From the IMG/VR virus record IMGVR_UViG_3300029228_000011: 37,280 nucleotides of DNA; one strand, written 5' to 3'. Source of the stretch: a virus. Shown piece by piece: positions 15,607-22,532 of this stretch. The position numbers were made by a program, and so were the translations under genes. The stretch's first letter is position 1. Each line of letters starts with the position of its first letter. The notes under the pieces are model-generated. The model did no database searches. It saw nothing but the letters and a program-made list of their open reading frames with translations, and was not told where the DNA came from.

Positions 15607-16902
15607 TTAAAATACACCTGCTTTCCATTCTTTTTTAACTTTCTGCGTCTCGGCGGCCACTGTTTCCTGACCAGCCACATATCCATCTTCAATGATGATG
15701 CTGCACTCTTCTCCGGTGCTGACGCGTGTAGCGATCGCCTGCAGTCCTTCTGCCTCCAGCCACATACCAAACTCTTTTAAAGTATCCATATCCATCTGCT
15801 CCAGCTTATCCAGCAGCACAAAACCGCACTTTGGGTTTAATTTTCTTACAATTGCAGTGGATACTTTCAGCTGATCGGAACCGGACATATTGTCCCATTT
15901 CTGACCTTTGTAGATCAGCTCTCCGTCTTTGACCGACAGATCTGGAAGCGGAAGGTCTGCATGCTCCAACAGCTTCGTCTTTTCTTCACGCATGCCTTCG
16001 ATCTTGCCCGTGAGATCTGTATACTGTCTCTGGTACTCCTTTGCATCATCTTCTGCTTTTTCTTTATCAAGGTTGGCTCTGACCTTTCGGTTAATCTCTT
16101 CGATATTGGCAATGTTAGCTTCCAGTTCTGCTGTAGACTGGTCTGTCAGATCTTTTGCCGTAGTCGAAGCGATGTCCAGATCTTTGACAAGCTGCAGATG
16201 TTTCTGTTTTGCTTCTTCCAGTAATTCTGCCAATCGGCTGACTTCTGCATGTGCCCTTTTCACTTCTTCCTGAAGCTGTGCCGCACGTTCTCTTTTTCTC
16301 TGGTTTTCCCCATTCCTTGCAAGGATTTCCTGCTGCTGTCTGATCAACTCTGATGGAGATACCAGGTCTTTTGGTGCATCCGGGTAATATGGCTGCTCTT
16401 TTGCATACTTCGCTTTCTGGTCTGCGACTCGTCCAACATAGAGACGTTCGTTATACAGATCCTTTTCTTCCTTTTCGATTTTCGCCAGCTTATCACCCAC
16501 GCCGATGATATTCAGCAGAGTCTGTGCTTTCTCTTTTCCGGATGCCTCCATGAACTTCGGAAGGTTCAGGGCAAGCTCTTCAACAAATTCATTTAAAAGC
16601 TGCTGTCCTGCTTTCTTTCCGGACGGATCCGTTACTTTCAGTGCACTGTTTTTCCCTTTTCGTTCCACGACCAGGCCGTTGTCCATTACGATTTTCAAAG
16701 CTGGTGGCACCGCTGATCCAGCTCTTGCCGCTTCTGATGGGCGGTATTTTTCACCGCCCAAAGCCCATGCAATGGAATCCAGAACCGACGTTTTGCCCTG
16801 GTTGTTGTTCCCACCGATCACCGTCAGGCCGTTCTGTGCCGGTTCCAATCGAACCGCTTTGATCCGTTTGACGTTTTCGATCTCTAATTTATTGATTTTC
16901 AT
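15607..16902 (-). CDS. SMC/Rad50-like ATPase (AAA_23-type, central coiled coil)
   Basis: 431 aa. N-terminal IENVKRIKAV...VIGGNNNQGKTSVLD (Walker A), a long E/K/Q coiled coil, and C-terminal FVLLDKLEQMD (Walker B / D-loop-like). Confidence 0.8.
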   Translation of the reverse strand: MKINKLEIENVKRIKAVRLEPAQNGLTVIGGNNNQGKTSVLDSIAWALGGEKYRPSEAARAGSAVPPALKIVMDNGLVVERKGKNSALKVTDPSGKKAGQQLLNEFVEELALNLPKFMEASGKEKAQTLLNIIGVGDKLAKIEKEEKDLYNERLYVGRVADQKAKYAKEQPYYPDAPKDLVSPSELIRQQQEILARNGENQRKRERAAQLQEEVKRAHAEVSRLAELLEEAKQKHLQLVKDLDIASTTAKDLTDQSTAELEANIANIEEINRKVRANLDKEKAEDDAKEYQRQYTDLTGKIEGMREEKTKLLEHADLPLPDLSVKDGELIYKGQKWDNMSGSDQLKVSTAIVRKLNPKCGFVLLDKLEQMDMDTLKEFGMWLEAEGLQAIATRVSTGEECSIIIEDGYVAGQETVAAETQKVKKEWKAGVF

Positions 16903-17243
16903 GGTTATTCTCCTTTCCTTCCTGCTCTCTGAATTCTTTCAGAATCATGCTCACGCTCCATGCAGAACACTGCATTTCATCTGCAATCTTTGCATTGCTC
17001 CATCCTGCTTCGTGCAGGGCTTTTACCTTTCCCCGGTCTATTGTCTTCTTGGGGGGGGGACTGCTTTTTCGCCTTTTCCGGCTTCGGCTCTGTTTCTGGA
17101 ACCGGAACTTCCATCACCAGCAGCATCGTCGCCTCTGCTACCTCTCGGAAGCTCATGCCGTCGATGCATCTGGCAGCGTATACCGCTTCACCATTTCTGC
17201 AACGATCTGCGGCTTCCTTGATGCTGATCTGTTTGTATTTCAC
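16889..17243 (-). pseudogene. Early protein with a C-terminal HTH, split by a +1 frame change at a C9 (plus-strand G9) tract
   Basis: The tracked ORF (16977..17243) reads ...KAKKQSPP and then junk. The +1 frame after the tract reads KKTIDRGKVKALHEAGWSNAKIADEMQCSAWSVSMILKEFREQEGKENNHENQ*, which is a clear HTH, has no start codon of its own, and ends at 16889 inside the next gene. G9 is at 17051..17059. Confidence 0.6.
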
Positions 17244-17455
17244 TTAGTTACCTCCTGTACAAATCTGCCTTCGCCAACTCCTTCCGCTGTACAGTCGGCA
17301 ATTCTACTTATTGCATCAATATCCCTAACGCCTGTTTTACGTAAAAACACATATACGGCCAGTGTAATCTTGGAAAATTCTTCCAGAATTTCTTCTTTTG
17401 AACCCTGCATTTCTACATCTGCTCTTTTTTTGCTAGCCTTTTCGCATTTAATCAC
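17240..17455 (-). CDS. Hypothetical early protein (71 aa)
   Basis: ORF track. 4-nt overlap with the downstream gene. Confidence 0.55.
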   Translation of the reverse strand: MIKCEKASKKRADVEMQGSKEEILEEFSKITLAVYVFLRKTGVRDIDAISRIADCTAEGVGEGRFVQEVTK

Positions 17456-17478
17456 TTGATTTACCTCCTGTATTCGCC

Positions 17479-17712
17479 TTATAATGAATCTGTGTTATTA
17501 TTTTTGTGTCCCGGATGCTCGGCCAAAGCACCGGGACTTTTTACTACCTCAAGTGTCGCTTTCTCAACGATCACAAATTCTTTCGTCTCTTCGTTTATTG
17601 CATGCACATATGTGCTGTTATTTGACTGGATTCGGTACTTGCTCGAATCAATCCCGGCCAGTTCCAGGAACGCTCTGGCTTCCATGTCTTTTCCTTCGCT
17701 TACTCCGATCAT
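17479..17712 (-). CDS. Hypothetical early protein (77 aa)
   Basis: ORF track. Packed in the operon. Confidence 0.55.
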   Translation of the reverse strand: MIGVSEGKDMEARAFLELAGIDSSKYRIQSNNSTYVHAINEETKEFVIVEKATLEVVKSPGALAEHPGHKNNNTDSL

Positions 17713-17724
17713 TCTGCTTCCTCC

Positions 17725-17928
17725 TTACTCTGCCCACATCAGCACACGGATCAACACCGCACACCACACGGTAATTGCTGTTCCGACAATGTCACGCTCA
17801 TTCAACAGGCTGTACTTTCCCAGCCACCAGAAGGCAAATATTGCTGCCGCTGTGGCTACGATCGGGGCAATTACACCAGCTCCTGTTGTTTCTGTTACTT
17901 CTGTTGTTTCTGTTTCTCTTCTTTTCAT
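17725..17928 (-). CDS. Small membrane protein (67 aa, two hydrophobic segments)
   Basis: GAGVIAPIVATAAAIFAFWWLG and VGTAITVWCAVLIRVLMW. SD GGGAG lies upstream. Confidence 0.6.
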   Translation of the reverse strand: MKRRETETTEVTETTGAGVIAPIVATAAAIFAFWWLGKYSLLNERDIVGTAITVWCAVLIRVLMWAE

Positions 17929-17934
17929 TGCTTT

Positions 17935-18189
17935 TTATCTCCCTTCAATCAGTGCTTTCATCAAAAGATGCTCGTCGATCTTCAATGTGTCTTTCAAGAT
18001 TAACAGTTCTCCGATTGTCATGGTCTCCGGCTTTTTTCTACGTTTGTACAACGTACTTTTGTTGATGCCGGTTTTGAGTGACAGCTCTTTTGTTTTGATA
18101 TTATTTCTTGACATTCCGCCGTCAACGGCTTCTCTCAGAAAATCAAGACGCTCGTCTGTTTTGGGCTGACAAAAATTGCTTTTTGGCAT
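17935..18189 (-). CDS. HTH DNA-binding protein (Cro/excisionase-like size)
   Basis: 84 aa. IKTKELSLKTGINKSTLYKRRKK looks like an HTH. SD GAGGTGA lies 5 nt upstream of the ATG at 18189. Confidence 0.65.
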   Translation of the reverse strand: MPKSNFCQPKTDERLDFLREAVDGGMSRNNIKTKELSLKTGINKSTLYKRRKKPETMTIGELLILKDTLKIDEHLLMKALIEGR

Positions 18190-18214
18190 CTTATCACCTC
18201 ACTTTTTCTATTCC

Positions 18215-18370
18215 TTACCCCGCTTTCTGCTCTGCTTCCAACATTTCTTTGTCTCTCAACGCTGACAGATATGCTCTTGCTTGCAATTTTCCATTGATAT
18301 CAAGAGATTCGAAAATCTCAGCAATTTTTTTTGCATCTTCTACATCTGTTATTGTTAATGCTTTTTTCAT
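18215..18370 (-). CDS. 51-aa protein, first gene of the early leftward operon
   Basis: Not in the track. MKKALTITDVEDAKKIAEIFESLDINGKLQARAYLSALRDKEMLEAEQKAG*. SD AGGAGG lies 9-10 nt upstream. Confidence 0.65.
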   Translation of the reverse strand: MKKALTITDVEDAKKIAEIFESLDINGKLQARAYLSALRDKEMLEAEQKAG

Positions 18371-18404
18371 ATGTTTTCGCCTCCTTTTTTGTTTTGATGA
18401 CTAC

Positions 18405-18433
18405 ATTTTAAACTTTAGTTTTGTTTTTGTCAA
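18405..18433 (-). promoter_or_regulatory. Early lytic promoter (sigma-70 consensus-like)
   Basis: On the minus strand, TTGACA (18433..18428), a 17-nt spacer, then TAAAAT (18410..18405). The palindrome GTCATTTTTATGAC (18434..18447) abuts the -35. Confidence 0.7.
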
Positions 18434-18466
18434 GTCATTTTTATGACATTTTGTTCCTTTTTTGTA

Positions 18467-18495
18467 TTGACCAAAACATTTTTATGTGTTACTAT
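18467..18495 (+). promoter_or_regulatory. Repressor gene promoter with an operator in the spacer
   Basis: TTGACC (18467..18472), a 17-nt spacer, then TACTAT (18490..18495). The palindrome ACATTTTTATGT (18476..18487) lies in the spacer. Confidence 0.6.
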
Positions 18496-18908
18496 TGAAA
18501 TCGCAGGAGGTGATAAAAATAGAAACTTATGAACGAATAAGAGATTTACGAAAAAACAAATTGCATTTATCACAATCCGAATTCGGCAATCGTCTCGGCG
18601 TAAGCAGAAGCGTTATTGCTAATATAGAATTGAATATGCTTGCACGCCCAGATCAAAAAGAACCTTTATATAAGTTGATCTGTAAAGAATTTGGAGTGAA
18701 TTATGAATGGCTTACTTCTGGAAAAGGCGAACCTTATTCCGAAGAATTACCAGAGGATGAATATACAAAAGCTGTTACTGAAATAGGCATTAAGGATTTA
18801 CAAGCTCGACAAGTAATTATTGATTATTGGAAACTTAATGAGTCTGATAAAAAACTTTTCCTATCTTTCATCCAACGCTTTGTGACAATAAAAAAACAGG
18901 AGGACTAA
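18486..18908 (+). CDS. XRE-family (CI-like) repressor
   Basis: ERIRDLRKNKLHLSQSEFGNRLGVSRSVIANIE is an XRE-type HTH. Divergent from the early operon. The true start is probably downstream of 18486: GTG at 18510 or ATA at 18519 behind SD AGGAGG (18505..18510). Confidence 0.85.
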   Translation: MLLLKSQEVIKIETYERIRDLRKNKLHLSQSEFGNRLGVSRSVIANIELNMLARPDQKEPLYKLICKEFGVNYEWLTSGKGEPYSEELPEDEYTKAVTEIGIKDLQARQVIIDYWKLNESDKKLFLSFIQRFVTIKKQED

Positions 18909-18916
18909 TCCTCCTG
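18897..18916. terminator. Bidirectional hairpin shared by two convergent genes
   Basis: CAGGAGGA-ctaa-TCCTCCTG is a perfect 8-bp stem. The A-run 18891..18896 supplies a U-run for minus-strand transcripts. Both stop codons (TAA at 18906..18908 on plus, TAG at 18905..18907 on minus) lie in the loop. Confidence 0.65.
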
Positions 18917-19015
18917 CTGCTCCAATATCGTTTTTACAAATGTGTAAATCATTTTCCATGATTTTTCACTTTTTATTCGTTCCAACATTTGTAAAACTGC
19001 ATTTTTGTACTTCAT
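18905..19015 (-). CDS. 36-aa peptide ORF in its own mini transcription unit
   Basis: Not in the track. MKYKNAVLQMLERIKSEKSWKMIYTFVKTILEQQED*. SD GGGAGG lies 8 nt upstream. It has its own promoter and terminator. Confidence 0.5.
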   Translation of the reverse strand: MKYKNAVLQMLERIKSEKSWKMIYTFVKTILEQQED

Positions 19016-19035
19016 CCTATGTACCTCCCGATTAC

Positions 19036-19116
19036 GTTTTCAAACATTTGTTCGAAATTTTGTTTTCATATTATCACAGAAGTATTTGTGATGCAACTGT
19101 TTTCGAACATTTGTTT
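19036..19116. repeat. Operator-like 18-nt direct repeats flanking that promoter
   Basis: gttttcaaacatttgttc (19036..19053) and gttttcgaacatttgttt (19099..19116) match at 16 of 18 positions. The core AACA-TT-TGTT is palindromic. Further ACATTTGT/ACAAATGT copies lie at 18985 and 18936. Confidence 0.55.
19068..19096 (-). promoter_or_regulatory. Promoter of the 36-aa ORF unit
   Basis: On the minus strand, TTGCAT (19096..19091), a 17-nt spacer, then TAATAT (19073..19068). Confidence 0.6.
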
Positions 19117-19168
19117 TAGTAAAATTTTCCTTTCACTATATAAAACGTATCGGAAGCTAAAAAGTTGT

Positions 19169-19196
19169 GCGTTGTCCGGAATCCCGGACGCTTTTT
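19169..19196 (+). terminator. Hairpin plus T-run (plus-strand sense)
   Basis: gtccgg-aatc-ccggac with flanking gcg/gc pairs, followed by TTTTT. It lies just outside the stop of the minus-strand HTH gene. The transcript it would terminate is unclear. Confidence 0.45.
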
Positions 19197-19201
19197 GAAA
19201 A

Positions 19202-19399
19202 TCACTTATACTCAGACTCATAAAGATCTGAAATAGTGGTTTTCAACCCTGCTGCCAACTGTTCCATAGTTGCCAGAGTTGGACTTACTCGACCGGTCAC
19301 TATGTCACCGATCGTAGACCGGGGAACACCGGTCATAATTGCCGCCTGCCTGATCGACAGGTGGTGCTGTTCCAAGAATTGAGATAATAATATTTTCAT
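19202..19399 (-). CDS. Small XRE-family HTH protein (65 aa)
   Basis: MKILLSQFLEQHHLSIRQAAIMTGVPRSTIGDIVTGR is an HTH. I chose the internal ATG at 19399 because the tracked start (19474) would overlap the divergent gene at 19451. Confidence 0.7.
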   Translation of the reverse strand: MKILLSQFLEQHHLSIRQAAIMTGVPRSTIGDIVTGRVSPTLATMEQLAAGLKTTISDLYESEYK

Positions 19400-19450
19400 G
19401 GTGTTATTATCTCCGGAAAAAGAAAAAGTATTCAAAGGAGAAAAGAGGTT

Positions 19451-20020
19451 ATGGAATTTTACGACGATATGCAAGAACCCTATTGGTTAGACGAAGATTA
19501 TCGTCAAATATCTGAACAATATTTTTCAGGTATGGAAGCAATAGAATCTGACTGGTCTGTCATGTATAACTTGAAAGACTACGAGGGCGAACGTGCTTCA
19601 ATTTTCATACAAAATTGCAAAAATAATATTGAAGCTTTTAAAATCTGGAAGAAAATCAGTGAAAAATATAAACAAGACTCTCCTCCGTGTGTTCCTGCCT
19701 ATAAACGTCTGGCGATGATTTATGAAAAACAGGGGCTTTACGAAAACGCTGCTGCCGTGTGTGTAGAAGCATTAACCATGAATGTAACAGTCGATGACAC
19801 AAAAGCCGGCATGAAAGGACGATTAACACGTATGATAAAGAAAGCTGGACGTCAGCCCTCACAGCAAGAATTCCTGTTGCTGGAACCTGCAAAAATCACA
19901 CTGCCTAAAGAAATCCTTCGTACACGCTGGGGTGATTACGAAATGCCTGACCATTACACTTTGGATATTCGCAAAGGTCCGCGTTACGACTTAAAAAAGA
20001 TAAAGGAGAGCAAGCCATGA
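19451..20020 (+). CDS. Hypothetical protein with a TPR-like helical repeat (189 aa), cassette gene 1
   Basis: SD AAAGGAGAAAAGAGG lies upstream. AYKRLAMIYEKQGLYENAAAVCVEAL looks like a TPR-type repeat. Its stop overlaps the next start (ATGA at 20017..20020). Confidence 0.7.
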   Translation: MEFYDDMQEPYWLDEDYRQISEQYFSGMEAIESDWSVMYNLKDYEGERASIFIQNCKNNIEAFKIWKKISEKYKQDSPPCVPAYKRLAMIYEKQGLYENAAAVCVEALTMNVTVDDTKAGMKGRLTRMIKKAGRQPSQQEFLLLEPAKITLPKEILRTRWGDYEMPDHYTLDIRKGPRYDLKKIKESKP

Positions 20021-20964
20021 AACTGACATCCGGTTTTAATTTTGAAAATTATGAAATTACAGATTATTTAGGATTTTGTTCAGGAGAATACGCTTTAAAT
20101 ACAAAGTTTCTTTCTGACTTTAATCTTTTATCTTCGTACTCTGAAAAACTTGAAGCGGCTCAAAAAAATGCTCTCGACCTTTTAATCAGCAACGCAAAGC
20201 AAATGGGTGCCAATGCAATTATCGGACTCGATATCGATTATACCACTGATGATCATGATATTATGGGCGTAATCGCAAATGGCACTGCTGTAACAATAAA
20301 GAGCACTTTGAAAGAACCTGTCGTTCCTGTAAAAATAAATGTTATCAATTATAACCCTGATTTGGAATTTAGGGTATCCTCCTTGACAATATTGCCAGAC
20401 GCCGAAAAACCTACGATTACTGCAACATTATTCGGAAAATCATCTGAAAATATCACTGGTGTTCTCACCGATATCTTTCTTGTTGATATCTTTAATGAAT
20501 TGCACCCCGTGCATTGCACAGGTTTTTCACGTTTTGATGTTGCACAAAACTTTGCTACTTCCATCAGTACACCTGTTCCTTGCAGTTTGGAACTTAATAT
20601 ACTTCCGTTGATTAAATGTGCAAAGGTAGTTATTAAAAAATATATATCCGACAACACAGTCATAACAGCTTCCGACAATAATAGTCTTCTGGATATCGAG
20701 CAAGAGGATATTCTTGAAAATAGCAATGACAATATTTTTTCTAACTACAAATTACAGTTAGATGAATATATGGATTCTGTATGCCACATGAACTCTGCCA
20801 CTGAAATATTGCATTATACAAAAAACCTTATTGAAGAAAATCATGATTTTATACAGGCTGACTTAATACAATTGATTTCTTCTTGTGCAAGTCTTGAGCG
20901 TATGTATGGAAATTGTAAAAACGATTGCATTGAAAAAATCAAAACTTATTTTGATAGTATCTAA
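20017..20964 (+). CDS. YbjQ/UPF0145-like N-terminal domain protein with an unknown C-terminal region of about 200 aa (315 aa), cassette gene 2
   Basis: GFNFENYEITDYLGFCSGEY...AQKNALDLLISNAKQMGANAIIGLDIDY...GVIANGTAVTIK matches the recalled YbjQ-family pattern. No TM segments and no catalytic motif recognised in the remainder. Confidence 0.7.
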   Translation: MKLTSGFNFENYEITDYLGFCSGEYALNTKFLSDFNLLSSYSEKLEAAQKNALDLLISNAKQMGANAIIGLDIDYTTDDHDIMGVIANGTAVTIKSTLKEPVVPVKINVINYNPDLEFRVSSLTILPDAEKPTITATLFGKSSENITGVLTDIFLVDIFNELHPVHCTGFSRFDVAQNFATSISTPVPCSLELNILPLIKCAKVVIKKYISDNTVITASDNNSLLDIEQEDILENSNDNIFSNYKLQLDEYMDSVCHMNSATEILHYTKNLIEENHDFIQADLIQLISSCASLERMYGNCKNDCIEKIKTYFDSI

Positions 20965-21088
20965 AAACAACCAAACAACAAAAAATCCGCCCCAGTGTTA
21001 CCAGCACCGAAGCGGATCAGTGAATCTATACAGGTCTGGAGACCGGTATGATCCTTCCATAGCAAGAAGATTATACCACAATCCTCCA

Positions 21089-21111
21089 ACACCTGTACAG
21101 GTGTATTTTTT
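21089..21111 (+). terminator. Terminator of the two-gene cassette
   Basis: The perfect palindrome ACACCTGTACAGGTGT (21089..21104) is followed by ATTTTTT. Confidence 0.6.
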
Positions 21112-21142
21112 ATACTCATTTTACGAAAAGGAGGATGATACT

Positions 21143-22372
21143 ATGCCAACAGCAAAAAAATTACCGTCTGGATCCTGGCGTTGCCTTGCATATAGCCATA
21201 CCGAAAAGATATTCGATGAAAAATCCGGAACCTGGAAAAATAAGCGGATCTATGAATCTTTCACTTCTGATGATCCAACAAAGAGGGGAAAGCATGAAGC
21301 AGAATTGGCAGCTAACCAGTTTCTTCTCACTAAACGTAAGGATAAGCAAAGCACTATAAATATTACACTGTCGGAAGCGATCGAGCGTTATATTGAGAAA
21401 TCTGACAGTGCATTATCCGGCACTACGATGCAGGGCTACCGCAAAGATCAATACGATTCCTACAAACCACTTTTTGACACCCGACTGCGTGATATAACAT
21501 CTGATGATCTGCAAGATGCTGTTAATCGCGACTGCAAGCGTCTGTCAAAAAGAAACAAGAAAAACCCGAAGCCTATATCTCCAAAAACGGTAAAAAATAC
21601 CTACGGCTTTATTTCCGCTGCCATCCATTCCTGTATGCCAGACGCATCTTATTGCGTAAAGCTTCCAACTGTGCCCCAAAAGGTGAAAGAATTGATCCCA
21701 CCACAAACAATCCTGGAGATCATAAAGGGAACAGATATTGAACTCCCGTGCTTACTTGCCATGTGGCTGAGTTTTTCCATGAGTGAAATTCGAGGAATCA
21801 AATATAAAGACATTGAAGACGGCTATCTGCGGATTGACCGGGTGGTGGTAGACATTAATGGCGAGGCTTCTGTGAAAGAATCTGGAAAAGCAGCCAAACG
21901 TCTGCGAAAACACCGCATCCCTCCATACATAATGGAATTGATACCAAAAGGTGATCCATACGATTATCTCATCGCTCAAAGCGGTCATGCTATCTATATG
22001 AAGTGGTCAATGCTTCTGAAAAAGAATCATCTCCCGCACATGACATTTCACGATCTGCGACATGAAAACGCATCTATCATGCATATGCTGAACATCCCGG
22101 ATAAATATGCCATGGAACGTGGCGGCTGGAAAACAGACAAGGTTATGAAGCAAATCTATACACACACCTTTTCAGATGGTCGCATCAAAGCAGATGATGC
22201 AATCGACAGATACTTTGAAAATTTACTCGAAAATAATCCTGTAGATATTGACCAGAAGAAATATAAAGCCTGGCTTCTTCTGTACGAAAAAGAGGATTCC
22301 AAACAGAGCAAAGAAGAATTTTTAGCATTTATGCAACACGAAATGCAACACAAAAAGAAAAAAGCCCGATAA
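21143..22372 (+). CDS. int: Tyrosine recombinase (phage integrase)
   Basis: 409 aa, counting from the ATG at 21143 behind SD AAAGGAGGA. The tracked ORF's 5' extension from 20885 is discarded. Motifs: SEIRGIKYKDI (Arg), FHDLRHENAS (HxxR), GGWKTDKVMKQIYTH (catalytic Tyr). Confidence 0.9.
   Translation: MPTAKKLPSGSWRCLAYSHTEKIFDEKSGTWKNKRIYESFTSDDPTKRGKHEAELAANQFLLTKRKDKQSTINITLSEAIERYIEKSDSALSGTTMQGYRKDQYDSYKPLFDTRLRDITSDDLQDAVNRDCKRLSKRNKKNPKPISPKTVKNTYGFISAAIHSCMPDASYCVKLPTVPQKVKELIPPQTILEIIKGTDIELPCLLAMWLSFSMSEIRGIKYKDIEDGYLRIDRVVVDINGEASVKESGKAAKRLRKHRIPPYIMELIPKGDPYDYLIAQSGHAIYMKWSMLLKKNHLPHMTFHDLRHENASIMHMLNIPDKYAMERGGWKTDKVMKQIYTHTFSDGRIKADDAIDRYFENLLENNPVDIDQKKYKAWLLLYEKEDSKQSKEEFLAFMQHEMQHKKKKAR
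22330..22351 (+). repeat. 22-nt direct repeat, copy 1 (possible integrase arm site)
   Basis: tatgcaacacgaaatgcaacac is identical to 22533..22554. It lies in the int 3' end. Confidence 0.8.
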
Positions 22373-22380
22373 AATCGAGC
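22364..22380. terminator. Bidirectional hairpin at the int 3' end, doubling as terminator for the tRNA-like fragment
   Basis: gcccgat-aaa-atcgagc is a 7-bp stem with 1 mismatch. TTTT follows on the plus strand, and TTTTTTCTTTTT follows on the minus strand. Confidence 0.5.
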
Positions 22381-22387
22381 TTTTCAG

Positions 22388-22415
22388 GATGGACCTGAGG
22401 GGAATCGAACCCCGC
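22388..22415 (-). other. attP core candidate: 3' end of a tRNA gene (T-arm plus acceptor strand)
   Basis: The minus strand reads GCGGGGTTCGATTCCCCTCAGGTCCA. This gives T-loop TTCGATT, a GGGG/CCCC stem, acceptor 3' strand CAGGTCC and discriminator A. No matching 5' half of a tRNA lies upstream. Confidence 0.65.
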
Positions 22416-22430
22416 AAATACAATTTTTAC

Positions 22431-22480
22431 AAATGCAGTGTTTATCAGCTTTTCTGTAAAGCCTTAAAAACACTGCATTT
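22431..22480. repeat. 13-bp perfect inverted repeat in the attP region
   Basis: aaatgcagtgttt (22431..22443) and aaacactgcattt (22468..22480) with a 24-nt loop. No T-run on either side. Confidence 0.7.
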
Positions 22481-22532
22481 TATATGTAAGTAAGTTGTAC
22501 TAAAAGACACGTTTTTCACAATAATATAAAAC

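Noticed and set aside
19094-19198. 34-aa plus-strand ORF (MQLFSNICFSKIFLSLYKTYRKLKSCALSGIPDAF) ending at the plus-strand terminator; considered as a type-I-toxin-like peptide.
   Set aside because: It has no SD. The only candidate plus-strand promoter has a 15-nt spacer and a poor -35, and the ORF is short enough to arise by chance. The unexplained plus-strand terminator at 19169..19196 is the only support.
20885-21142. N-terminal extension of the integrase ORF (tracked as 495 aa).
   Set aside because: The extension overlaps the end of the previous gene and crosses that gene's terminator (21089..21111). The ATG at 21143 has a consensus AAAGGAGGA SD and gives a normal integrase N-terminus.
22424-22435. 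12-mer TTTTTACAAATG shared between the attP region and 18931..18942 near the repressor terminator.
   Set aside because: In 37 kb read on both strands, dozens of 12-mer coincidences are expected by chance, more so in AT-rich spacers. It is not enough to claim a common binding site.
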